This document shows positions 54,628 through 64,000 of a stretch of 64,000 nucleotides of DNA, in pieces. The position numbers and the translations under genes were made by a program. Position 1 is the first letter of the stretch. Each line of letters begins with the position of its first letter. This DNA is from Monocercomonoides exilis PA203 (lineage: Eukaryota; Protista; Preaxostyla). The DNA lies in the NCBI GenBank assembly GCA_001643675.2, contig LSRY02000055.1, positions 434,001-498,000 of the forward strand, read 5' to 3'. The notes under the pieces are model-generated. The model worked only from the letters and a program-made list of their open reading frames with translations. It did no database searches and had not been told where the DNA came from.

Positions 54628-54879
54628 ATGGGTCGGAAGAAGATATACGCAACTGTGGAAGAAGCGAAAGAGGCTCAACAGAAACAAATTAAACAGTTTC
54701 AGGAAAAACGTAAAGAAGAAACTAAGTATTACAACGAACATGTTACTGAAAAACAGAAGAAGTTGATTAAGATATTGAGGAGAAAGGTTATCGAAAGTGA
54801 TGAGTTGTTAGATGAGTTGATGGAAAAAGTTAGTGGTTATTGCCTGAACAAGCTTGATTGGGATAAATGTGTTAATTAA
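54628..54879 (+). CDS. Small basic/coiled-coil protein (83 aa), unknown function
   Basis: Clean ATG-TAA ORF, MGRKKIYATVEEAKEAQQKQ.., convergent on the primase-helicase gene. Confidence 0.65.
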   Translation: MGRKKIYATVEEAKEAQQKQIKQFQEKRKEETKYYNEHVTEKQKKLIKILRRKVIESDELLDELMEKVSGYCLNKLDWDKCVN

Positions 54880-55325
54880 TGAAATATAACTGACTGAACA
54901 CGTTAATTGAATCGTTGATTGTTAAGGACAGTGGTCCATGTTGATGTTATCGTTGGTTGCCAACAACAATATTTTTACTTGAAAAAGTGGTAAATCGGTG
55001 TCCAGGATACCGGGTTGTGGCAATATCGAGATGCTTGGGGAAGTGAAATGTTGAGTTAAATCTCCGTGCTGGAAGCGTGTCCAGGTGTCCAGGTGTCCAG
55101 GATAGTTTAAGTTCATCTGAAAAGAGCTGCCAACATGCAATTTCTGCTAACATAAGCATTTTCCCCCTAATTTGCTATGAATTTGAGGGTTTTTATTTAT
55201 TTTCGATTATGTTGTCATTTTGCCACATTGCCACATGACATCTTCTGTGGTATACATTATTAATTCGTTGGTGGCACACAAGTTGTATCGTTTGTGTATT
55301 AATGATTCCAAAAATACGAATATGT

Positions 55326-56528
55326 TTAGTTGATTTCCACAGAACGGTCCATGTCATCTTCATCTTCTCGTCGTTTGAAGAGTTGTTCATACTCTGGTTT
55401 GAGTTTATAACACCACACTTGATTTCCTCTTCCACCCATTTGTTTTCTCTCACATCTGTCTTTAATTGCTAGTTGGAATGAGCGATCGTTCTTGTATTCA
55501 ACTGGTCTGAAACATAGTGCATCAGAACATCTCCACCCTTCTTTGAGTTTATTGTAATGCTCCTGACAGAACACATCGATGACAGAGAGTGATGCTGCAA
55601 TGATATCTTCCTTTGCCTCAGTTGTTGGAATAGCCCTTGTGTTGAAATTGGTGAGATCTTTGCTGAGGAAATAACAGAGAAGTTGTTCATAGAATTCATT
55701 ATCGAAAGAGTTAGTGAAATCCTTGAAGAATGTGAGATTGTTCTTATATTTTGAGTTACAATCACAAACAACATATCTTCTGTCACCAATCTCAATTTTT
55801 ACTGGGTATGTGTGATTTGTCACAAATATGAAATTAGCTACGTTCTCAGCTGTTCTTCTTGGCTGATTCTTCTCATTGATTCTGATTGTTGAATCGGTGA
55901 TTATACTCTTCAATGCATCAAAGTTAGCTGTTCGATCATCTCCAACATTCTTCAATTCGTTCAGTACAATCAGCATTTTCCCTTCGACGATGGAGTGGAA
56001 CTGTCCTGTCAGTTCTGCAATCTCTGTGACATTTGGATATGAATATCCAGCCAACAGTTCAACAAGAACATTTGTCCAGATATTCTTTCCAATACCTTGC
56101 AAACTTTTGAGAACATGTGATGTTTCTGCTTTTTTACCAGGATTTTGAACAATTGACGAAATCCAACAGAGGATGTTTTGATAGAGTTCATCGTTGTTGT
56201 TGGAGATAACTTCTCGTGTGAAATCAAGGAATGGTTTGATGATTTCGTCATTTTGTTCGTTTGCCATTTGGTATTTGAACCCATGGAACAGAGAGAATAT
56301 TCGAGGGTTATCTGAGAAGAACTTCACCCCATCGATCGATAGAACATGAGAGTATTGATCGAAAGCTGTCTCAACTGTGATAGTCTTTTTGTCATCATGC
56401 CAGAGTTTAATTGTTTTGAACAGTTTATGCATTACTGATTTTGCATTGAATGATATCGAATAACAAGAGGGGTGAATGTCAAACTTTGTCACAATGAATT
56501 CCATCCTTGCTTCAACAAATCTCAGCAC
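55326..56528 (-). CDS. D5-like superfamily 3 helicase (C-terminal half of a primase-helicase)
   Basis: Walker A SLQGIGKN, Walker B LIVLNE, motif B LKSIITD..INEKNQP, motif C NFIFVTNH and Arg finger DRRY. The frame stays open upstream to ~56600. Confidence 0.9.
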   Translation of the reverse strand: MLRFVEARMEFIVTKFDIHPSCYSISFNAKSVMHKLFKTIKLWHDDKKTITVETAFDQYSHVLSIDGVKFFSDNPRIFSLFHGFKYQMANEQNDEIIKPFLDFTREVISNNNDELYQNILCWISSIVQNPGKKAETSHVLKSLQGIGKNIWTNVLVELLAGYSYPNVTEIAELTGQFHSIVEGKMLIVLNELKNVGDDRTANFDALKSIITDSTIRINEKNQPRRTAENVANFIFVTNHTYPVKIEIGDRRYVVCDCNSKYKNNLTFFKDFTNSFDNEFYEQLLCYFLSKDLTNFNTRAIPTTEAKEDIIAASLSVIDVFCQEHYNKLKEGWRCSDALCFRPVEYKNDRSFQLAIKDRCERKQMGGRGNQVWCYKLKPEYEQLFKRREDEDDMDRSVEIN

Positions 56529-57667
56529 TTTTGTGAGATCTTCAGCGACTTCAGACAGTGAGGAGTATTGTTTTCGACAAGCTTTATCCCTGATTTCGGA
56601 AATGAGAACGATGAGTTGAGATCTATTTCATGAACAGAAATCTCTCGTGGAGGTTCTTCCTTTTGCTCATTCTCTTTTCTGAGGAGTGGAATGATCACAT
56701 CGTTGTAATATGATGGACTCCATCTCTTGACAATCTTTTGAAGAACAAATGGATGTGACTTGTTATCTCTGAACCTGTTTCGTTTTTCTTCAAAGTGAGT
56801 GATTGCATTTGCTGTTAGAGCAGCTGTCTCTCTGATTTGATTGTATAGAAAATCTATTGATTCGTTGTCGAAACCGTTAATGTTGATGAGTGAGTTGAGA
56901 GCTGCAAATAACGGCAAAAGAGTTAACTCAGAGTCAAGTGACAGAGAACCTGTATCGTTATGTATTTCAACATCTTTGAGTCCATCGAAAAGAGCAAGAG
57001 CGACAGTTGGAGACATTTCAACGATTCCATCTTGTGTGAGAAGATTGTGTGGTTCAGCTGCAATTGTTGCTGATGTATTCTCTGTTTTGAGGTCAATACC
57101 GAATACGTCAAGAACACATTCGAGTGATGAAAGATCTGTGAGCTCTCTGTAATTGTTGAGGGGAATGTATTTGGTGATGATTCTCTTGCCATCTTTCATC
57201 TCTCTGTATGAAGAGTCAGCTTGAACAACAAGTCTCTGTTTTCCATCTCCAATACCTGCAAAAATGTCGATATCGTTCTCTGGACTCGTGAACACTTTGG
57301 TTTGTGATGAACATTTGAGGGGATAATTACACAGCTCACAATAAATGTGAAGACCACCATGAGCTGTTTGTACAAGTCCGACATTTCGTGGGAGTTTGTC
57401 GAGAATGGAATTCCTGATGGTTTTTGTTTGTTCAGCTTGAAGGGATTTGTTAATGTCAACATCAACGACACAAAGATCCTCACATTTGCTGATATCGACA
57501 GCTGTTCCAGTGTGTCGTTGACCCTGCTTCTTGTCAGAGTATTTCTTGTAGTCGAACAAGTCAACGATGTGATCTTTCATTCGTTCTCCCATCGTTTCCT
57601 GTTCTGTTTCCATTGAATCAATCAGTTGTTGGATTACGTTGTCAGTGTCTGTTAGGGGGTTTGTCAT
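56522..57667 (-). CDS. Prim-pol (AEP superfamily) primase domain (N-terminal half of a primase-helicase)
   Basis: Motif I LCVVDVD, motif II QTAHGGLHIY and motif III DIDI. A 1-nt shift near 56600 fuses it to the helicase (~780 aa). Confidence 0.85.
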   Translation of the reverse strand: MTNPLTDTDNVIQQLIDSMETEQETMGERMKDHIVDLFDYKKYSDKKQGQRHTGTAVDISKCEDLCVVDVDINKSLQAEQTKTIRNSILDKLPRNVGLVQTAHGGLHIYCELCNYPLKCSSQTKVFTSPENDIDIFAGIGDGKQRLVVQADSSYREMKDGKRIITKYIPLNNYRELTDLSSLECVLDVFGIDLKTENTSATIAAEPHNLLTQDGIVEMSPTVALALFDGLKDVEIHNDTGSLSLDSELTLLPLFAALNSLININGFDNESIDFLYNQIRETAALTANAITHFEEKRNRFRDNKSHPFVLQKIVKRWSPSYYNDVIIPLLRKENEQKEEPPREISVHEIDLNSSFSFPKSGIKLVENNTPHCLKSLKISQKC

Positions 57668-58999
57668 TTTATAAAAATTAAAAAAACAATTTTTTTTTGA
57701 AACAGAATTATTTTTGAAACGAACATTTCGGGGAAGATGATGTTGAAGTTAACGTCGAACATTTACGGTAACAGTTCATTTTCACATAAAATGTATTATG
57801 CCCATTTGCCCCGTTTGCTCGTTTGCCCACATAATTTATAGGATATATTTGACCCGGTGCATCCTGTGCACCATGTGCAGGTGAAAAGCTCGGAGATTAA
57901 ACTCAACATTTCCACGCCACAGCATCGCTCACATTATCTGCACCATCAACCCGGTGCAGGCAAAACATCAACTTGGACACTGTTTGAAAAAAATGATGGT
58001 ACAACGAACGTGTGTGTAGTCAGTTATATTTCGTTAATGTGGCAATCAACTGTCCACCCTTCACACTAGTATTCCAACATGTACTTCAACATGAACGGCA
58101 TAAGTGTAACAAAATACCTCCTTCAATTTCACGATTTCATTCATGATAATAAGTGGCTAGGCCTTTGCGACAAGGAAAAATTATTGGATGATTGTCGGTC
58201 GAATGGAAAAACCTATGTCGAGGTTTTTTTTTTCTTAATGAGAGTCTGAGATTCACAATGTATTTAATTCATCTGATATTCGTTCTAGCATCCAAATTTT
58301 TCTCTAACTGAAAGATTCGAAAAATATTCATTTTAGCATGAACAAAAAATAAAGTGTTATATTTTTGAAAATTCTTTTTTTATGAAACGAAATTCAAGAA
58401 AGCTAAAAAGCAAAATAGCAAAATTTTTCGAATAAAACTCATTTTTTCTATTTTGAAAATAAAACGAAGCCAAACAAATGTTGCAATCAAACCAAAACAA
58501 AATAAAAATTGAAATATATAAACAATAGTTTGATTTATGAAAATATTCGGTTTCAGTCCAGACAATAGTAAAACAAAATATAAAATGAATTGAAGTTTTG
58601 CTGTTTGTGTTCTTTTTTTTCCGTCTGTTCCAATATTTCTGCATCAAAAACTGATCAATTTTGAACACTTCAAATTGACAGCAGCCTCTTGCATTCAATA
58701 AATGTAAATTCGCTCATCACAAACACAATTGGATATTGAGTAGCAGAAGCTTAAATAGATTAAAACAGAATTATGTTAATATAAGGAAGAAGAAGAAGAT
58801 GGAGCGAGTGAGAAAGGCTGGTAGTTTTGTGTTAAAATAACAGAATTTAATGGAAGCGAAGTCTGAGAAGATGGAGAAATAAACACAGGACATTGAAGAA
58901 GAGGACATGAAGGAGAAATCGATGTTGAGCAATGAGTGGGAGTTACTGGTGATTGAGAGATCGACATTATTTGCTGATTATTTTGTTCATTTGCAATTT

Positions 59000-61150
59000 G
59001 TTTTATGTTTTTCGTGATGTGATGAAGAATTTGAACATCGTGCGTTGCAGAAAGAATTATAATCTGATGGAGAATTGACTGAAAATCAAAAGTTGCTTAA
59101 AGCAAAGCTGGAATTTCTGAAAATTCACTTTTGAAGAAGCTTCATTTAAACTTTTTGAGCTTTCTTAATTTTTCGACTCTTTTGAAGCAAGTTCTCTTTC
59201 TTTTTCTCTTTCTCTCAATTTCGATTCCTTTCTCTCTCTCTCTCTCTCTCCTTCTCCCTCAGTATAACATCCTCTGCTCTCTTTTGCGCATCTCCCAACA
59301 CCTGAAAGAACTGCACGATCACAAACTTGAATACCACATCTTTCTCTGTAATCGTCATCAGCAACGCAGCTGTTATCCCCAATGCACCCAGATGCTTCTC
59401 ATTCAGCAGCTTCCGCCTCTTTCTTCAGCCTGTCACGAATCTGCGCAAACTTCTACTCGCCCTGCAGTCTCAGTGCTTCTTCTTTCTGTTCAGATTGGAC
59501 TCTGTTTTGTTCAGCCTCTTCCTGTTTTCGCTTCTCCGCAACATCTTCTCCTCCTTTTTCAACTTCTGCTTTTCATGATCTGCAATTCTCTTTTGCTCTT
59601 CCCTCAAAATCTTCTCAATGGCCTTGTTTTCTTTCCCTTCTCTTTCCGACTCCATTCTTCTCTGTCTCTATCTCTCTTCAATCTCCAGCAGCTTCTGCTT
59701 CGCTGCCGTTGATGCTTCTCTCTGCTTTTCCTGCTCTCTCTTTGGATGCATTGAAATCTCCCTTCATCACTCCTCCATCTGAACTCCTTCATTCACTTGC
59801 CCTGCTACGAGCTGCCTCAATCTTTCGTTTTTTTGCAACAAATGCATCTTTCTTGTCATCTGCTTGTGCCTCTTCCGCTTCTGTGATGTCTTTGTTCTTA
59901 ATGTTGTCGCCTTCTTCAATCAGTCTTGATAGCAAAGAATCGTCTCTTTCACATCATTCAGAACAATTCTTTCTCCCTGTCTTCAAATTCCTCAAATACC
60001 TTCTTAAGTGCTTGTTCATCGTGATTCTCCAAATCTCTGCAAAGGAATTTTTCATTCTGTCTTTCACGCCCTTTTCCAGCATCTCCTGCTCCATCGCACA
60101 CAGATACCGCGCCTTCTCCTTCATGATGCTCAACATATCGTTTCTCAGTTTCTGGTTGATGTGCTGTCAGCTCCAGCTCTCTCGCTTCCTCCTCACTCTT
60201 TCCAGTTCATTCTGGATCGCAAGCTTCCACAAGTCTCGCTGCTGCTTCAGCACCACTTTCCGCCCAATGACAATTGAACTTAGTATCCAAAGATGCGTCG
60301 AATATAAGCTTGTAAGTGCAATTGAAGATGAAATAGCAGGTGATGGAAAAATGCCTGTACATCGTGTGGAATGAAATACTACGCAAATTCTGAAAAAGTT
60401 ATCACCGGCAATGCAACTGACAAAGGTTAAGATGTAAAAGCAGGTGAAATCAGTGAAGAAAGAATAGTGCTATTTTGAGGAAAAGTTTTTTGAGTAGGAG
60501 TCTGTGTGTTTTGTCATGTTGCTTCAATTTTTGCCTTCAGTTGCTGATGCTGCTGTTATCAAATGTGCAACAGCGGATGCAGCTGAGAATCAGAAATGGA
60601 TGGATTTTGTTCTTCCATTTGTGAATTTGCTTCGCTCGATGGCAAAGTCTTTCAGTAAGTCGACAAGGGATTGAAAATATGTTGGTTCACAATTTGCACA
60701 ACAAATTGTGACTGATACGGAGATGGCATTGATAGAGAAAGTGTTTGCATGGAAGTAATAGTGGGGAAATGTGATGGAAGGCTTTTCCGAGGAGAAATAA
60801 TGTTTGAAGATGTTGTTTCAGGATGATGTTAAATTTTTTTGCTGAAATAGTTACAATAGCTGTTGTTGTAGTTGTTGAAATAATAGCATGTTTTGGAGTA
60901 AGTATTGAATATGATGAAGCACTTGATGCAGTTGCATATTCGATAAAGAACAGAAATTGCGGTTGAACAAAATGACGTTCTGTGAAGTTATTAAGATGAT
61001 TGAGAAGATAGAAAAAGGAGAAGAGGAAGGTGAAGAAGGATGATGAAAGAGAAGATGAAGCAGAAGAAGTTGGATTGTGAAGAGGTAAAGAGGAGACGTT
61101 GGAAAGAAGCGAAGGAGAAGAGATTTTTAAAGGTTATGTTGGAGAGGAAG
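59000..61150 (-). pseudogene. Decayed gene with a Lys/Glu/Arg coiled-coil region, inside the second hAT-like element
   Basis: Minus-strand fragments 59470-59655, 59604-59792 and 59954-60136 have coding-like composition, broken by stops. Confidence 0.5.
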
Positions 61151-61824
61151 AAGAAGCAGAAAAGAGAACAAAGAAAGCAGGTGAACTAATCCCTAACAGT
61201 TTGTAATTCTTTTTTCTTCTTTTGTTTTCTATATTAATTCAGCTTTCTTTTTCAAAATCTAGATGGCTTCTTTTTCTTTCTCTAATTATTTAAATAACAA
61301 CTTTCGTCGTTTCTCTATATTTTTGTTTCCTCATTTTTTTCTCGTTTGAATGAATTATTCTTCCAAGGCAGGTGTTTCGATTACGCAAAATTATTTGTTG
61401 TTTATTTCAAATCAATATCATCAGCATTGACAATTCCATCAAACTACTATTATATAAATTGTATTTAATTATTAAAACAATGATATTTGCTAAACCTTTT
61501 TCATATTTTCAACTGCATTTTTCACAAATTTGAAGTTTATAAACAAAACAAAAAAATCAATTATTATTATGGAATGCTTCCATAATTATTTATTTGGATA
61601 ATGACGTTTTATAACATCAATATCTGAAAGCAGTTCCTGCGATTAACAAATTGAGGTTTTGGACTAATAATATTATATACCAGATAGACTAGACACTTCT
61701 TCTCTTTTAAAATCATTTAATTTTTCAAGTTGAAAAGTTATTTATGAAAAAAACAGTCACAAAAGTCTATTTCTGAAATGAAGAAATGCTTTTAAAAATG
61801 TTATTCCATTCGACAGTTCGATCT

Positions 61825-61872
61825 TTTTGACCGACTGATCTTTTGACAGACTGATCTTTTGACAGACTGATC
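61825..61872. repeat. 3 x 16-bp subterminal tandem repeat
   Basis: TTTTGAC(C/A)GACTGATC x3. Confidence 0.95.
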
Positions 61873-62387
61873 TCGACAAAGATCTGTCGATAAACCATTA
61901 GAAATGAATTTTTGGTAATTTTTCAGAAAAAATTTTAATATCAAAAAAAGTTGTTAATTGTCGAAGGAAATTTGAAATATATTTTTATTAATCAAAAAAA
62001 ATCAACAGAAAAAGAGTTATATTGAAATATCTTCAAAAATACCAAAAAAAGTTTTGAATCTGTCTTGTCGGTCGACTTGTCGAGGTACTGTTTGAAAAGT
62101 CGGTCTGTCGCAAAGGCCTAATAAGTGGAAATAAATATCATTAAAAAACAACACTTTTGGGTGGAGCAGTTTTTAGTGATATCAACAAAAAATTTACTAG
62201 AAAATTTTCTTGATCAATCCCATAACAAAATTTTCATAATCATCTTTTTTGTAAAAAAACTTTAATGCCCGTGAGTCGAAAGTTTGTCTTTGGATTTGAT
62301 AACGCATCACTTAAATACTTCACAATTGAGATTTGAAATTTACAATTTATCTCTGTATAAAAACTATTTTTCTGATTTTTTAAAAAT

Positions 62388-63260
62388 GTGATTTTAGAGG
62401 AGACTTCTCATTTATTCAATAATTGTTCAAATACAAATCATGGTGGAGCAACATGTTGCGATGACCTGTTCTACATAGACATCATAAAATCAAATTTCAC
62501 AAGTTGCACCGCTCTACAAGGAGGAGCAACTTGCATCGCTTGGACACAATCAAACTCTGATTGGTCATTCTCAGAAAACAAAGTTAAAAGTTGTTCAATT
62601 GCATGCTTATGTGGAACCTGTTGGTATTTTAACATGGGAAGAACACCAACAAGTGCTCAATTCCTGTTTTCCAAATGCAAGTGCATCTCAAATTCTGGAG
62701 GTGATTCAACTGGAGCTTTAACATTTTATAATCCGCCAAGCAATAAACCAAGTCAATTTTCAATCGTTGAATGCCAGTTCATCAATAACAAATAAACTGC
62801 TTCTTCCACTTATGGAGGTGCTGCACTGTGCTGTACAGCAACTTATTCCTGGATGAATAGTATGAAATTCATGACATTCTGCTTCTTCGATGGCAATACC
62901 GCAACAAATGGAAGAGGAAATGATGTGTTCTTCAGTGGTAATGCCATTACTCAATCTCCGTTTGTGAATTGTGGCTCAACAACCCCAGCAAAAAGAGTCT
63001 GTTATAGAAATACAGCTGATAACGCCGTGTACAATGGCTGGCTCCCTCTCATTGCCCAGAACAAAATCGTTTCTAACAGCGGAACTAATTCTGATGCCTT
63101 TGGCAGACCCCAACAGACCCCATGTTCCACCATCGAGTGTGCCCTCAACGGATTCATATCTCTCCTCCAAGACGCCTCTCTCACCCTCCTCACCTCAACA
63201 TTTGCTCCCACTCAAACACTCACTTTCAGCGCAGCTGATACAAAAATCACTGGAAATAAT
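62388..63260 (+). pseudogene. N-terminal fragment of a beta-helix surface protein, paralogue of 6960-8220
   Basis: ORFs 62388-62795 and 62853-63344 are in one frame, split by TAA. Shared motif QFLF.KCKCISNSGGDS.G. Confidence 0.8.
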
Positions 63261-63476
63261 GAATTTTATCTATTTTCATCAGAATTTCTTCAATCGTTTC
63301 ATCTTCTAATTCAAATAGCTTTTCATTTCACTTTATATTCATGAATTATTATCTTCTTTTCAACAGAAGAACTTATCATCACTTTTCTTTCGAGAAGTAC
63401 AACGGTAGCTCAGAAATTAGTATCTCTTCGACATTTCCTCATTTTATTTCTCTTCTTCCTCTTCTTTTTCCTCTTT

Positions 63477-63680
63477 CTCCTCCTCCTCCTCATCATCATC
63501 ATCATCATCATCATCTTCTTCTTCTTCTTCTTCTTCTTCTTCTTCTTCTTCTTCTTCTTTCTGCTTCTCAAAAAATGAAAAATTTTCCTTCTTGTTTTTC
63601 TCCTTCTCCTTCTTCTTCTTCTTCTTCTTCTTCTTCTTCTTCTACTTCTTCTTCTTCTTCTTCTTCTATTTCTTCATCGA
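63477..63680. repeat. Compound trinucleotide microsatellite (CCT)n(CAT)n(CTT)n
   Basis: Directly visible. It would read poly-Glu/Asp on the minus strand, but that frame contains stops. Confidence 0.9.
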
Positions 63681-64000
63681 GTTCTTCTCCACCTTCTCCT
63701 TTTACCCGCTCTCATTCAGATCTTCAATACTCCTTCTTCGGCTTATTGGTTATCTTCTGTTTTCTCCTGTAATCTCTCTCTTCTACTCCAATGTCCACTC
63801 CTCTAACTATCCACTCTGACCTCTCCATCAAATAACCATTCTTCAGAGCAAACTTCGACTTTAACACAAACTCTGCCTGGATAAGCGAAGCCATGCTCCT
63901 GCGAGTCTTTGAATTCAACATCAGAAAGAGTCCCCTCATACACTTCACAATCTTCAAGCACATCCTCAGATTCTCCTTGTGAGGAACCGACTTTGTGAAT

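Larger units (their letters stand above)
58158..62120. mobile_element. Second non-autonomous hAT-like element with host-gene cargo
   Basis: Perfect 15-bp TIR TAGGCCTTTGCGACA / TGTCGCAAAGGCCTA. ATAAGTGG at 58149-58156 (one extra C before the TIR) and 62121-62128. Subterminal GTCG/CGAC repeats and an internal inverted match 58198-58208 / 61804-61814. Confidence 0.85.

Noticed and set aside
54090-58150. Complete Polinton/Maverick or Helitron
   Set aside because: No pPolB, RVE integrase, capsid, long TIRs, HUH Rep or PIF1 helicase is visible.
59131-60374. Plus-strand Ser/Leu/Phe-rich ORFs of 193 and 330 aa
   Set aside because: Antisense shadows of a Lys/Glu/Arg-rich minus-strand pseudogene.
61825-61872. 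CRISPR-like array (also 38111-38211 and 55077-55100)
   Set aside because: These are tandem repeats with no spacers and no cas genes, in a eukaryotic context.

Overview
AT-rich eukaryotic (protist) DNA with no housekeeping genes, RNA genes or CRISPR arrays. The gene families, short GT-AG introns and standard genetic code suggest an oxymonad such as Monocercomonoides; this is my recognition, not a search result. The window has three layers. (1) About seven full or partial, mostly pseudogenised copies of a giant Cys-rich beta-helix (Pmp-like) surface-protein family. The most complete copy (25109-34031) ends in a TM helix plus a kinase-C-lobe-like tail. (2) Many transposons: the 3' part of a DIRS-type tyrosine-recombinase retrotransposon with terminal/internal complementary repeats, three pogo/DDE_1 transposase remnants, one intact Merlin (IS1595-like) element with TIRs and an 8-bp TSD plus a decayed relative, MITE/fold-back elements, and two non-autonomous hAT-like elements (TAG termini, 8-bp TSD) that carry decayed host-gene cargo instead of a transposase. 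(3) A ~4-kb island encoding a prim-pol primase fused, across a 1-nt frameshift, to a D5/SF3 helicase. It also has a small convergent ORF, a 35-bp inverted repeat and short iteron-like repeats, and shows no integrase or capsid gene. A 1.5-kb stretch almost devoid of C on the + strand also stands out. All matches and counts were done by eye, and pseudogene boundaries are approximate.
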